A stretch of DNA of 64,000 nt from an uncultured delta proteobacterium. Its GTDB lineage: Bacteria; Desulfobacterota; Desulfobacteria; Desulfobacterales; JAFDCJ01. Shown here in pieces: positions 51,989-62,289 of this stretch. Every line of letters starts with the position of its first letter. Positions within the stretch are counted from its first letter, which is position 1. Under the pieces are notes generated by a model. That model was not told the DNA's origin and made no database searches. It saw only the letters and a program-made list of their open reading frames with translations. The position numbers were made by a program, and so were the translations under genes. The DNA is taken from positions 608,001-672,000 of the forward strand of contig CAVYNY010000022.1 in NCBI GenBank assembly GCA_963769935.1, in the 5' to 3' direction.

Positions 51989-53476
51989 ATGCCCATCATC
52001 GGCTACAAAGACCTGGCAACACATTTAAATGAGCGGGGCAATGCTCCTTGGGCTTCCGTTTACCTGATTTTCGGGGAAGAAATGCTGGTCAAAAGCGCTT
52101 TCGACGCCTTGTTGGATGCCCTGGTTCCGGCTTCAGAGCGCAACCTCAATTATGAACCGCTGGACGGGACCCGCGAAAATATTCACGCGGTTATCGCCCA
52201 GGTCAATACGTATTCGCTGATGCCCGGGACCAAGGTTATTGCGCTGCGGGACTCCCGGATTTTTTATGCCGGACAGGACCGGGATCGCCTGCTCGAGAAT
52301 GCAAAAAAAGCCTACGACGATGATGATATCAAAAAGGCTGCCGGGCATATGCTGCATCTGATGGGGCTCTTAAATCTCACCTTTGAAGATATCGGCCAAA
52401 CCGGCCGGAATAAGAGCCTGGGGCAAAGCGATGCGCCGGCAGTGGATGACGCCTGGCTGGACGAGCTCATCGCCTACTGCCGGGAAAACAATCTTTCCGT
52501 TCCCGCTGCCGGTGATGATACTCAAATCCTGCAGCAGGCGGTTGAAAAAGGTTTTCCCGCAAATAATCACCTGATTATCACCACCGACATGGCGGATAAA
52601 CGCCGGGCCCTGTTTAAATCCTTGAGCAGCAAGGGGGTGGTCATTGACTGTTCGGTGCCCAAGGGTGACCGCCGGGCCGACCGGATAGCCCAGGAATCGG
52701 TTCTGGTTGAAACGATGAATGCAATGCTCGCCGAAGGCGGAAAGACCATGAACCGGGCCGCCTATATGGCCCTATATGAAATGACCGGCTTTGATCTGCG
52801 CACTTTTTCCAGCAATGTGGAAAAATTGATAAGCTTCGTTGGCGATCGACCGGAAATTACGATTGCGGATGTCGAAGCAGCGTTGCAGCGCACCAAGATC
52901 GATCCCATCTATGAATTGACCAATGCCCTGGCGGACCGTAAAGCGGAGGCGACCCTTTTACTGCTGGAATCGGTCCAGGCCTCCGGAATTCATCCGCTTC
53001 AGATTTTTACAGCACTGACCAACCAGGTCCGCAAGCTGCTGCTGGTCAAAGATTTTGTTGAAAGTCCATACGGCCGTGAATGGCAGGCCGCCTGCCCCTA
53101 TGATTACTTCCAAAAACGTGTGATGCCGGCAATTGCCGAATACGACCGCCGGCTGCTGAGCCGGCTTGAGGACTGGCAAGCCATGCTGGATAACGACAGC
53201 GCATCGCCCGCAGCCGGATCGGCGGCAAAAAAAACGAAAAAGAAAAAAGCCAAAATCGGCACCGATCTGCTCATTGCCAAAAATCCGAACAATCCGTACC
53301 CGATTTATCTGCTGCTGAAAAAGTCCTTGCGATTTTCAAAAGAAGAACTCATCAACGCATTTGAAACGCTGAACGCCGCCGATACGCAGCTGAAATCCGG
53401 CGGACAGAACCTCCGGCTTGTTTTGGAGAAAGTCATTTTAAGCATTTGCCGCAGGGAAGTTGAGGAAGTTCGTTGA
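51989..53476 (+). CDS. holA: DNA polymerase III delta subunit, long form
   Basis: VYLIFGEE, EKL..F, IT..DV, IYELTNA, D.QLKSG. Confidence 0.8.
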   Translation: MPIIGYKDLATHLNERGNAPWASVYLIFGEEMLVKSAFDALLDALVPASERNLNYEPLDGTRENIHAVIAQVNTYSLMPGTKVIALRDSRIFYAGQDRDRLLENAKKAYDDDDIKKAAGHMLHLMGLLNLTFEDIGQTGRNKSLGQSDAPAVDDAWLDELIAYCRENNLSVPAAGDDTQILQQAVEKGFPANNHLIITTDMADKRRALFKSLSSKGVVIDCSVPKGDRRADRIAQESVLVETMNAMLAEGGKTMNRAAYMALYEMTGFDLRTFSSNVEKLISFVGDRPEITIADVEAALQRTKIDPIYELTNALADRKAEATLLLLESVQASGIHPLQIFTALTNQVRKLLLVKDFVESPYGREWQAACPYDYFQKRVMPAIAEYDRRLLSRLEDWQAMLDNDSASPAAGSAAKKTKKKKAKIGTDLLIAKNPNNPYPIYLLLKKSLRFSKEELINAFETLNAADTQLKSGGQNLRLVLEKVILSICRREVEEVR

Positions 53477-53842
53477 GTTTATTGAGTTCGTTGGGTTGAT
53501 TGAGTTGACTGAGATGACTGAGTGGATTTGGATGACTGGGTCGGTTCGAATGACAGCGGCTGCTTGTCGATTAGGATTCTGGAAGCAGGTATGAGGGCTG
53601 AGACTCGGGGCGTAAGGTATTTAATTCACGGTAAATGGAATAGGGGAGAAAAGTAAAAGGTAAGTGGTGGAAGGCAGGGGGCTCTGCGCGCCGGTTCATA
53701 GCTCGGAGCTGATAGCTCGGAGCTGATGGGTGATAGGTTAAAGGAAAGGTCAAAGGAAAAAGGATAGGGGAGAAAGGATTTTGCCTTTCTATTCCGAAAT
53801 CCGAAGTGGTCAGCCTCTGCCTTCTGTCCTCTGGCTTCTGAT
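53474..53842. repeat. Mosaic of nonamer and heptamer micro-repeats
   Basis: tgagttNat units, atagctcggagctg twice, aaagg units, ccgaaat, cttctgt. Confidence 0.7.
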
Positions 53843-53856
53843 TGGAGAATTGCACT

Positions 53857-54069
53857 ATGGGATTTTTCAGACAGCAGGAAGAAAATCTGGCGATGCGATT
53901 TCTGACCTGGCAGTATCAAAAATTGAAGCTGCCGGTACCCCCTGATGCCGAACTGGCGCGTCAGGCCGGTAAAATTGTCAAGGAGGCCCACCAGATAGCC
54001 CGCCAGAGAGGCAGCAATGTCGTCGCCATTATGAAAGATCTGATCTCAGATCTGATGAAAAAATCTTGA
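53857..54069 (+). CDS. Small hypothetical protein
   Basis: RBS ggag; helical, protein-like composition. Confidence 0.7.
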   Translation: MGFFRQQEENLAMRFLTWQYQKLKLPVPPDAELARQAGKIVKEAHQIARQRGSNVVAIMKDLISDLMKKS

Positions 54070-54100
54070 AATCGCTTAAAACATGAAGGAGGACCGAAAA

Positions 54101-54364
54101 ATGACGGATGCCTGGGCGGAAAAATTGTCGTGTGCTATACAATGTGAGCGCTGCAGCCGGAAGATGGCGCCCACTGACCCGAGAATCCTCTCCGTGGTCG
54201 ATCATGAAGCCATTTGTATGGCCTGCAAAAAGGAGGAGGAAAAACGCGATGATTATGAGGAAATATCCAAACAGACGATCGGGCAGTGTCTGATAGATAC
54301 CGAAATGCAATGGGGTGATCCCGAGGGGTATTGTTATCATCACTTTTACCCCTACAAATGTTAG
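54101..54364 (+). CDS. Small putative zinc-finger protein
   Basis: RBS ggagga; CERC..CMAC plus further Cys/His. Confidence 0.75.
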   Translation: MTDAWAEKLSCAIQCERCSRKMAPTDPRILSVVDHEAICMACKKEEEKRDDYEEISKQTIGQCLIDTEMQWGDPEGYCYHHFYPYKC

Positions 54365-55320
54365 AAGCTCCACATAACGGGGTTGTCGTCCAAATCATCT
54401 GTGACCAGCCGCCCGATTTCATCCAGGCGGGCCATGTCATCCGGCGATAGTGCCAGATCGGCTGCCCGGGAATTTGCAGCCGCCTGCACGCTGTTGCGTG
54501 CTCCGGCAATCGCACATGTGCCGGGGTGTGAAATTACCCACGCCAGGGCCAGCTGTCCCGTGCTGACGCCCAGCTTCTCCGCCATCGGTCGCAAGCGATC
54601 AAGGGCCTGATGGGCACGCTTAAAATTATCCGTCTGAAACAGTTTGTTCTTGGCGCGGTGATCTCCTTTTTCAAATTCATGATCCGGTCCGAATTTTCCG
54701 GTCAGCAGGCCTTGGGCCATGGGGGCATAGGCCAGGATGCTGATTTTGTTATCAATACAATAGGGCATGGCATCCTTTTCAACCTGGCGCCAGAAAAGTG
54801 AGTAGGGTGGCTGAAGACTGTCAATCGGTCCATAGTGAACAGCTTCTTCCAGCTGGGCACGTGAAAAATTGGAAACACCGATGACTCGAATTTTACCCTG
54901 CTCCCTGAGCTTATTCATAGCCGCCATGGTTTCTTCCACCGGAACCTTTTGGCCGCCGAAGGAACCCGCCGGCCAGTGGATCTGGTAAAGGTCGATCCAA
55001 TCGGTTTGCAGATTTTTCAGTGATCTATGACAGGCGTCCATGACCTGGTCAAACTTCAGGTGGTTGGCAAAGACTTTGGTGGCCAGCACGACCCGGTCCC
55101 GGACATCGGCCAGTGCCTGGCCGAGAATACGTTCCGAATGTCCTTTGCCATAGGCCTCAGCAGTATCGAAGGTAGTTATGCCGGCTTCAAAGGCGGTTCG
55201 AATGGCAGCGGTGGTCTGTTTGTCGTCGATCCCGGTCCACATTTCTTTGCCGGCTTGCCAGGTACCCATGATTACAGATGAGAGTTTCAGCTCCGATTTG
55301 CCCAGTACTTGAAATCGCAT
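54361..55320 (-). CDS. Aldo/keto reductase
   Basis: DTAEAYG, ATK, DLYQIHWP, IGVSNF. Confidence 0.95.
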   Translation of the reverse strand: MRFQVLGKSELKLSSVIMGTWQAGKEMWTGIDDKQTTAAIRTAFEAGITTFDTAEAYGKGHSERILGQALADVRDRVVLATKVFANHLKFDQVMDACHRSLKNLQTDWIDLYQIHWPAGSFGGQKVPVEETMAAMNKLREQGKIRVIGVSNFSRAQLEEAVHYGPIDSLQPPYSLFWRQVEKDAMPYCIDNKISILAYAPMAQGLLTGKFGPDHEFEKGDHRAKNKLFQTDNFKRAHQALDRLRPMAEKLGVSTGQLALAWVISHPGTCAIAGARNSVQAAANSRAADLALSPDDMARLDEIGRLVTDDLDDNPVMWSF

Positions 55321-55480
55321 GTATTCCCCTCCCTTGTTGAAAGCTTTTTAATTTTGATTGTTTTAATCTAATCACTGAGCGAAGCTTGACAAGCTCGATC
55401 AGTCGGCAGGGTGGCTTCAAGAATCAACGCTCGAATAGGCGCGGGACGATTTCTACCCGTTTGCCGGTGAAAAGACAGCG

Positions 55481-55509
55481 TTGACAGAATCATCCGTCGG
55501 GCATATAGA
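55481..55509 (+). promoter_or_regulatory. Sigma70 promoter upstream of the acyl-CoA dehydrogenase
   Basis: TTGACA-17 nt-TATAGA. Confidence 0.55.
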
Positions 55510-55653
55510 AATATACGATGGCAATGAAAGGATTTTTCCGGGCGGCCGACAAACTTCGGAAACTGAAAAATTGATTTGGCAGGTAGTCATAAAAATTTCC
55601 TGTCACCAAATGCCCTTACTTTAGTCGCAAGGTGCTGAAAGAGGAGCAATTCC

Positions 55654-56820
55654 ATGAGCAATGAAGAGTATGTGGATTTTTACGGGATTGATTCATTGCT
55701 GACCGCAGAGGAAAAGAAAGTTCGCGATGCAGTGCGTGGGTTTGTCGACCGGGAATGTATGCCCGTCATCGCGGACTATTTCGACCGGGGCACGTTTCCC
55801 ATGCAGACGATTGCGCGCATGGCTGCCATGGAGCTGTTCGGATGCCACGTCGATGGTTACGCCTGCCGCAAGCGAAGCCACATGGAATATGGCCTGATAT
55901 GTCAGGAGCTGGGTCGCTGCGACAGCGGATTGCGCGCCATGTTTTCCGTGCAGAATTCGCTGGTGATGTTTCCCATTTTCAAATTCGGTTCTGAAGAGCA
56001 GCGCCGGGAATGGCTGCCGAAAATGGCCCGGGCGGAAGCCGTCGGGTGTTTCGGTCTTTCAGAACCCGATTACGGTTCCAACCCGGCTGGCATGATTACC
56101 ACCGCCCGCCGCCGGGGTGGGCAGTATATCCTCAGCGGCAAAAAGATGTGGATCACCAACGGAACGATTGCCGATGTGGCCGTTATCTGGGCTAAACTGG
56201 AGGGTGAGATCAGAGGGTTTATCGTGGAGACCGATCGACCCGGATTTCGCGCTGCGCCGATCCAGCGCAAATTTTCCTACCGGACGTCTCCCACAGCATT
56301 TATTGATTTAAAGGAATGTGAGATTCCGGCAGACAATATTCTGCCGGGAGCGCGCGGGCTTAAAGCCGTCTTTCAATGCTTGAATCATGCCCGCTACGGG
56401 GTAGCATGTGGTGCCCTCGGATCCTCGATTGCGTGCTACCAGGCCGCCCGAGATTTTGCCGTCAAACGGCAGGTCTTTGACCGGCCGGTGGCTTCTTACC
56501 AGCTGGTTCAGGATCAACTGGCCCGGATGCTGATTGAAATCACCAAGGCCCAGCTGATCAGTTTTCATCTGGGCCGCTTGCTCGATGACAACCAGGCCCG
56601 GCCGCCCCAGATTTCACTGGCCAAGTTGAACAATGTTCGCGAAGCGATTAAAATAGCGCATCTGGCCCGGGACATCACCGGGGCCCGGGGGATTCTGGCC
56701 GATCATCACATCATCCGCCACCTTTGCGATCTGGAGGCCATCAGCACCCTGGAGGGAACGGCCGGTATGCATACGCTGGTGCTGGGGCAGGAAATCACCG
56801 GGATATCGGCGTTTAGTTAG
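55654..56820 (+). CDS. Acyl-CoA dehydrogenase, glutaryl-CoA dehydrogenase-like
   Basis: DSGLR..SVQNSLVM.PI, GCFGLSEPDYGS, KMWITN, LEGT..HTL.LG..ITG..AF. Confidence 0.9.
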   Translation: MSNEEYVDFYGIDSLLTAEEKKVRDAVRGFVDRECMPVIADYFDRGTFPMQTIARMAAMELFGCHVDGYACRKRSHMEYGLICQELGRCDSGLRAMFSVQNSLVMFPIFKFGSEEQRREWLPKMARAEAVGCFGLSEPDYGSNPAGMITTARRRGGQYILSGKKMWITNGTIADVAVIWAKLEGEIRGFIVETDRPGFRAAPIQRKFSYRTSPTAFIDLKECEIPADNILPGARGLKAVFQCLNHARYGVACGALGSSIACYQAARDFAVKRQVFDRPVASYQLVQDQLARMLIEITKAQLISFHLGRLLDDNQARPPQISLAKLNNVREAIKIAHLARDITGARGILADHHIIRHLCDLEAISTLEGTAGMHTLVLGQEITGISAFS

Positions 56821-57111
56821 GCATTTTTCTTGGTCCTGGCATCTGAAAAAATAAACGGCCAAATCGAAGAAAAACAAAGCCGGCGGACAAAATAGAGACG
56901 CCCCTGCACAGTTTCGACAAGCGCCGGCTGCATTTCCTGAAATTTGGTCTCACGGATCAGCGCCATATCGAACGGATGCCGCATAAATTGTTCCGCAATT
57001 GATGAAAATGAAGAGATAGGTTCAATGCGATCCGGTAATACTGCCAAGATGACATATTTTCACTAACTGCAGTCGTACAACCATCAATTTTTCAAATTGG
57101 ATCAAGATAAA

Positions 57112-58251
57112 ATGTATAACTTCGATACACCGGTGGAGCGGCGCGGAACCGCCAGCATGAAATGGGAAAAGTACAAAGCGCGCGATGTTATCCCCCTCTG
57201 GGTGGCCGATATGGACTTTCGGTCGCCGCCGGCCGTAATCCGTGCTCTGAAGAACCGGGTCGATTACGGGGTGTTCGGCTATACCATCGCACCGGATGAA
57301 TTAAGTCAGACCGTGGTGGCGTTGCTCGAAGCCAGATATGGCTGGAAAGTGCAGCCCGAATGGTTGGTTTGGCTGCCGGGACTGGTTACCGGACTCAATG
57401 TGGCCTGCCGCACCGTAGGGCAGGATGGGGATGATGTGATCACGGCGGTGCCGGTCTATCCCCCGTTTTTAAGCGCACCCGGCCATTTTCGCCGCAACTT
57501 GATCAAAGTCGCCTTAAAAGAGGATAACAACCGCTGGCAGTTTGACTTTGACCGGCTGGAACAATCGATCACGGCCAAAACCCGGCTTTTTATGCTCTGC
57601 AACCCTCACAACCCCATCGGGCGGGTCTATCAACGGGATGAACTCGCTGCGCTGGCTGCCATCTGCCGCAGGCACGACATGCTCATATGTTCGGATGAAA
57701 TTCACTGCGACCTGATTTTAGACCGGGAAAAGCGCCACATTCCAACCGCCACGCTGGATCCGGAAGTTGCGGCCCGAACCATTACCCTGATGGCCCCCAG
57801 TAAGACCTATAATATTCCCGGTTTAGGCTGCGCTTTTGCCGTGATTTCGGAGCAGAATCTGCGGCAAAAATTTAAAAAAGCCATGGCCGGCATCGTTCCC
57901 GGGGTCAATGCGCTGGGTTACACCGCCGCCCGGGCGGCCTTTGAAGATGGTGCCGACTGGCAGGCCGCGCTGCTTGATTATTTGCGGGGCAACCGCGACG
58001 CCGTTGAGCGCGCTGTCGGCCGTATGGACCGGCTGTCGATGGCTCCGGTGGAAGGAACCTATCTGGCATGGATCGACGTGCGTAAGGCAGGCTTGAACAA
58101 TCCGACAGCCTTTTTTGAAGCAGCCGGCGTGGGGCTGCAGGATGGGATTGAATTCGACGGACCCGGTTTTATGCGCCTTAATTTCGGATGCCCCAGAATC
58201 TTACTGGAAAAAGCGCTCCGACGGATGAGTGCGGCGTTGAAAGACCGGTAA
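57112..58251 (+). CDS. patB: PatB/MalY PLP C-S lyase
   Basis: LWVADMDF, CNPHNP, SDEIH, APSKTYN, RLNFGCP. Confidence 0.92.
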   Translation: MYNFDTPVERRGTASMKWEKYKARDVIPLWVADMDFRSPPAVIRALKNRVDYGVFGYTIAPDELSQTVVALLEARYGWKVQPEWLVWLPGLVTGLNVACRTVGQDGDDVITAVPVYPPFLSAPGHFRRNLIKVALKEDNNRWQFDFDRLEQSITAKTRLFMLCNPHNPIGRVYQRDELAALAAICRRHDMLICSDEIHCDLILDREKRHIPTATLDPEVAARTITLMAPSKTYNIPGLGCAFAVISEQNLRQKFKKAMAGIVPGVNALGYTAARAAFEDGADWQAALLDYLRGNRDAVERAVGRMDRLSMAPVEGTYLAWIDVRKAGLNNPTAFFEAAGVGLQDGIEFDGPGFMRLNFGCPRILLEKALRRMSAALKDR

Positions 58252-58350
58252 AAAGGACAGAGGTCGGAAGACAGATGACAGATGACAGAGAACAGAAGAC
58301 CGACAAAAAAGCTCATAACTCATAGTTCATCGTATAGAGGACGGGAGACA

Positions 58351-58821
58351 ATGATTGAAATTGATATTCCGGGGTTTAAAATATTACGGCTGAACCATCT
58401 GGTCCTGGATTACAACGGCACCATTGCCTGCGACGGGAAATTGCTATCCGGAGTGAAAGAAGGTCTCAGCGCTCTGGCCGATGTGCTTACGATCCATGTT
58501 CTAACGGCCGACACCTTTGGTCGGGCCCGCAGCTTTCTTGAGGATATACCTTGTGAAGTTTCAGTGATTGCCGATGAATACCAGGAGATCAGCAAACTGA
58601 CCTATGTGAACGAAATCGGAGCCCAACACAGCGTGTGTATCGGCAATGGCCGCAATGACCGTCTCATGCTCAAAGAGGCGGCTCTGGGCATCGCCGTTAT
58701 TCTGGAGGAAGGTGCCGCGATTGAAACGTTGGTCGCCGCTGATGTGGTTTGCACCGGCATTGTCGCGGCGCTGGAACTGCTGCGCAAACCGCTGAGGTTA
58801 ACCGCGACCCTAAGGTCTTAA
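58351..58821 (+). CDS. Soluble P-type ATPase-like HAD protein
   Basis: LDYNGT, LTADTFG, IGNGRND, RLTATLR. Confidence 0.9.
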   Translation: MIEIDIPGFKILRLNHLVLDYNGTIACDGKLLSGVKEGLSALADVLTIHVLTADTFGRARSFLEDIPCEVSVIADEYQEISKLTYVNEIGAQHSVCIGNGRNDRLMLKEAALGIAVILEEGAAIETLVAADVVCTGIVAALELLRKPLRLTATLRS

Positions 58822-58851
58822 TTCAGGCCGGGATTTACCAAAATGAAACGA

Positions 58852-59163
58852 TCACGCATCGTCCGGATTGCAATATCGAACCCCCACCCCGAAATGGTGG
58901 GTGGAGTTCCCCTTCGTTAATGGCCGGCGCCATCGAATTTGGGCGTGATACACATCGGCGCCTGCATCATACGGCGAATCTTTTATTCCAATAAAAATTT
59001 CCGTACCGGGCAAAGGGGCATAGTCGGCCTCAAAATACATTCCACCCAGACTGTAGTTGTACATCCGGGCCGTGTAATGCGTGTCCGAGAAATAATTTTC
59101 AAATTGAATTTCAGCTTTGTGCTTGATGCGGGTGTCGTTTCGAAGGTCGGGAGTCGTTGCCAT
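58852..59163 (-). CDS. PilZ domain protein
   Basis: RNDTR (RxxxR), NYSLGG, GVGVRY. Confidence 0.85.
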   Translation of the reverse strand: MATTPDLRNDTRIKHKAEIQFENYFSDTHYTARMYNYSLGGMYFEADYAPLPGTEIFIGIKDSPYDAGADVYHAQIRWRRPLTKGNSTHHFGVGVRYCNPDDA

Positions 59164-59385
59164 GGTTGCTCTGCCTTGAAAATGAAGAATGATGGCTTAC
59201 ATTAAAGACGGTTATTTGACAATTTGAGCGAAACGACGGTCGGATGAATGTACCCTATAGATCATTGAACTGCGAATGTCAAAATAAAATGATGCGGTCT
59301 TAAGTCAACGATTTTTTGGAGCGGGTGACGCTTTTATTCCAACATTGATTATCTGGTCCTCGGGTTCTCCGGCACCAAACTCCCA

Positions 59386-59868
59386 TCACTGCTTGTAACC
59401 GATTTGGCGCAGCAGGTTTTTGCGAGCCGTAATATCTTCTTCGGTTTCAATCCCTTTGGAAGCATACCCGTCGATGACGCCAAGAATGCCGCGTCCCAGA
59501 TCCGTCTCCGCTAAAATAACCTCTACGGGATTGGCCGTGGCGCAAAAGATACGACATACTTCCGGTACGTTTTTGATCGCATTCAAGACGTTAACCGGGT
59601 ACATGTCCTTCATGAATATGATAAAACTGTGACCGGCTGAAAGCGCGAAGGCATTTTTTTTGGCCAGCTCACGCATTTCGTCGTCGGTGCCGGTGTGCCG
59701 TACCAGGCAAACATCGGAGGCCTCACAAAAAGCCAGACCGAACTTGGCCATCGGGACCGTGGTGACCATGGCTTCATAGATGTCCTCGACGGTTTTGATA
59801 AAGTGCGACTGTCCTAAGATCATGTTCAAGCTGCCCGGATTTTCGATGAGGACCCTTTTAATTTCCAT
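59386..59868 (-). CDS. DUF355 adenosine-specific kinase family protein
   Basis: GQSHFIKTVED, AFCEAS, GHSF, CATANP, GVIDG. Confidence 0.92.
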   Translation of the reverse strand: MEIKRVLIENPGSLNMILGQSHFIKTVEDIYEAMVTTVPMAKFGLAFCEASDVCLVRHTGTDDEMRELAKKNAFALSAGHSFIIFMKDMYPVNVLNAIKNVPEVCRIFCATANPVEVILAETDLGRGILGVIDGYASKGIETEEDITARKNLLRQIGYKQ

Positions 59869-60196
59869 AGTTCGCTCCGTTTAATTAAAAAACGAAATTC
59901 AAAAAAAAAGCCTTGATTTGTTGTTTTTGGCCTGCTAAAGGGCAAATCTTATAATGCCTAATCTACCTGTACCCGATTACCAGCGGTTATGCAAAGATGG
60001 GCATTCGCATTAGCCTGAGCCGTACTATGCTGATTGTGCGAGTAAATGTAGCCTCCCACTGCTGCGGCTCAGGCTTCTTCTCGCCTGACATCGAAATCTC
60101 ATCCCCAATATTCCATTATTCCATTCGTTGTTTGACTGCCAACACAACCCCTCATAGGTGAAACACAAATTGTGCCTTCCGTGCCCGGGTTCCTGT

Positions 60197-61189
60197 CTAT
60201 CCTCCGATGGCGCGCATCTGGCCGCATACCCGGGACGGATTCCCGATTGCAAGGTTGTGGTCCGTGGGCTTGTGACGCACTGCTTGAAAGAAAATCTGCG
60301 CCAGATCATCGTCCGAACATCCTGCCCGCAGCGGTCCTTTAATATCCTCCTGATGGCCGGACAGCAGGCAGGGCCTGAGCTGGCCGCTGGCGGTCAACCT
60401 GAGACGATTGCAGCTGTCACAAAAGTGGTGGCTCAAAGCATGGATAAAACCGACCTCCCCCAGCGCGTCGTCAAAGCGATATCTCTGCGCCGGACCGTCG
60501 TTTATCGAATTGCGGATCGGAATGAGGTTGCCCAGTACGCTGATGCGCTTCTTTATTTCGGGCGCCAGCAGCAGGGGGGCGTTGCCCATCTGGGAGTCGC
60601 CGATAGGCATGTATTCGATGAAACGAATGTGAAAGGGATATTCAATAGACAGGTGCGCCAGGTCAACCAATTCATCGTCGTTGACACCATTTAGGGCGAC
60701 GACGTTTATCTTAATGGGGTGAAACGCCATTTCCCGCGCCTTTTCGATGCCCTGCCAGACCTGATTAAAAAGATCAAGACCGGTTATTTCTGCAAATTTT
60801 TGGCGTTTGAGCGTATCCAGGCTGATATTTATGCGCTTGATACCGCTGGATTTTATTTTTTCCAGGTTGTCTCTCAAGGTGACACCGTTGGTGGTAAGCG
60901 ATAAGTCTGCCAGCCCGCTGATCCGGCTCAATTCGCTTAAAAATTCGTATACGCCCTTTCTGACCAGAGGTTCCCCGCCGGTAACCCGCACTTTTGATAT
61001 CCCAAGTTGAATGCCGACCTTCACCAGGCGCAGGATTTCTTCATAGGTTAAAATTTCAGCATGTGAAAGCCTGGTGATATGATCCCGCGGCACGCAGTAA
61101 ATGCATTTCAGGTTGCACCGATCGGTAATGGATATGCGCAAGTAGTTCAGATGTCGATTGCAAGGGTCTATCAGTTTCAGTTCAGACAA
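60197..61189 (-). CDS. moaA: GTP 3',8-cyclase
   Basis: LRISITDRCNLKCIYC, TGGEP, FCDSCNRLR..C, C-terminal IGG; TTG start. Confidence 0.97.
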   Translation of the reverse strand: MSELKLIDPCNRHLNYLRISITDRCNLKCIYCVPRDHITRLSHAEILTYEEILRLVKVGIQLGISKVRVTGGEPLVRKGVYEFLSELSRISGLADLSLTTNGVTLRDNLEKIKSSGIKRINISLDTLKRQKFAEITGLDLFNQVWQGIEKAREMAFHPIKINVVALNGVNDDELVDLAHLSIEYPFHIRFIEYMPIGDSQMGNAPLLLAPEIKKRISVLGNLIPIRNSINDGPAQRYRFDDALGEVGFIHALSHHFCDSCNRLRLTASGQLRPCLLSGHQEDIKGPLRAGCSDDDLAQIFFQAVRHKPTDHNLAIGNPSRVCGQMRAIGG

Positions 61190-61311
61190 TTTAAAAAACC
61201 TCGAAAAAGAAATTTGCTGAATTCGTAAAATTTCGAATTCATCATTTATAGATAACACAGCCTCCGAAAACATCAACTCCAAAATGACGATAGGTCAGCC
61301 CTCAGCCTACC

Positions 61312-62289
61312 CTAATTGGTAATATCAAACTTCTCGCGATACTCGGGAATCGTAATCATCGGCGGCCTTTCGAGACCTTTGATTTGTAATGTTTCCGGTT
61401 GGAACTCGTTGTCGACCAGGTTATACTGAATGATTTCGTCATAAAGCGCCCCCTTAAAATCAATCAGACCCAATCTTTTCTGACGGTTGATAAAAGTCTT
61501 TAGAATGGCAAAAGACATTCTGCCCAGGGCTTTTGTATCCTGATTGCGGTGGACGCGACGATCCAGATCCACCTGGGCCATGACGTTCAAGCCCCACTTT
61601 TGGTAAATATCGAGAATCATACTGGTTTCTATGCCGTACCCGATTGGGAAAGGGATTTTTTCAAATATTTCCCGGTAGCCGGCATATTCCCCTGATAAGG
61701 GTTGAATGAGCTGGGTGAGCTCCGGGAAAAACAGCGAAAACAGCGGTCTGATAACCAGCTCCGTAACACGGCCGCCGCCGGTGGGTCTGATTTTGTTTTT
61801 GCCGATGGCTATCGGCCGGTCATAGAACGCCTTGGTATATTTTATGTGGTCATAAACCAGGAGCGGGCCGATCAGGCCATAGGCAAATCGGTGGTGAATA
61901 TTCTTTATATCGGCATCAATATAGACGATGATGTCGCCTTTGGTGATGTAAAGCGCTTTCCACAGATTTTCGCCTTTGCCTTTGAATTGATCCAGGTGAG
62001 GCAGAATTTCATTGGCGATATACACTTCAGCGCCGAAAGAAGCGGCAATGTCCACCGTATTGTCGGTCGAACCCGAATCGATGACGATAAGTTCATCCAC
62101 CAGGGGGTAGCGGGTCATGAGTTCGGACCGCATGACAATGATTTCCTTGGCGATGGTTTTCTCCTCGTTCAGGGCCGGCAGGCACAGGGATATTTTAATA
62201 TTCTTCTTGTGCTTTTCTTCGACCAGGCGATGAATATCACCGAACTCGGAATAATGGAACGTATTGGTTTCGAGCCATTCGTTATTCAT
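61312..62289 (-). CDS. gpgS: Glucosyl-3-phosphoglycerate synthase
   Basis: PALNEE, DSGSTD, GKGENLWK, DAD, GGRVTEL..RP, QPLSGEY, H.NQ. Confidence 0.9.
   Translation of the reverse strand: MNNEWLETNTFHYSEFGDIHRLVEEKHKKNIKISLCLPALNEEKTIAKEIIVMRSELMTRYPLVDELIVIDSGSTDNTVDIAASFGAEVYIANEILPHLDQFKGKGENLWKALYITKGDIIVYIDADIKNIHHRFAYGLIGPLLVYDHIKYTKAFYDRPIAIGKNKIRPTGGGRVTELVIRPLFSLFFPELTQLIQPLSGEYAGYREIFEKIPFPIGYGIETSMILDIYQKWGLNVMAQVDLDRRVHRNQDTKALGRMSFAILKTFINRQKRLGLIDFKGALYDEIIQYNLVDNEFQPETLQIKGLERPPMITIPEYREKFDITN

Noticed and set aside
56817..57047. 76-aa minus-strand ORF
   Set aside because: TTG start, no clear RBS, no motif
61190..61310. Moco riboswitch upstream of moaA
   Set aside because: Only an AT-rich palindrome (tgaattcg/cgaattca) is seen; no recognisable riboswitch core
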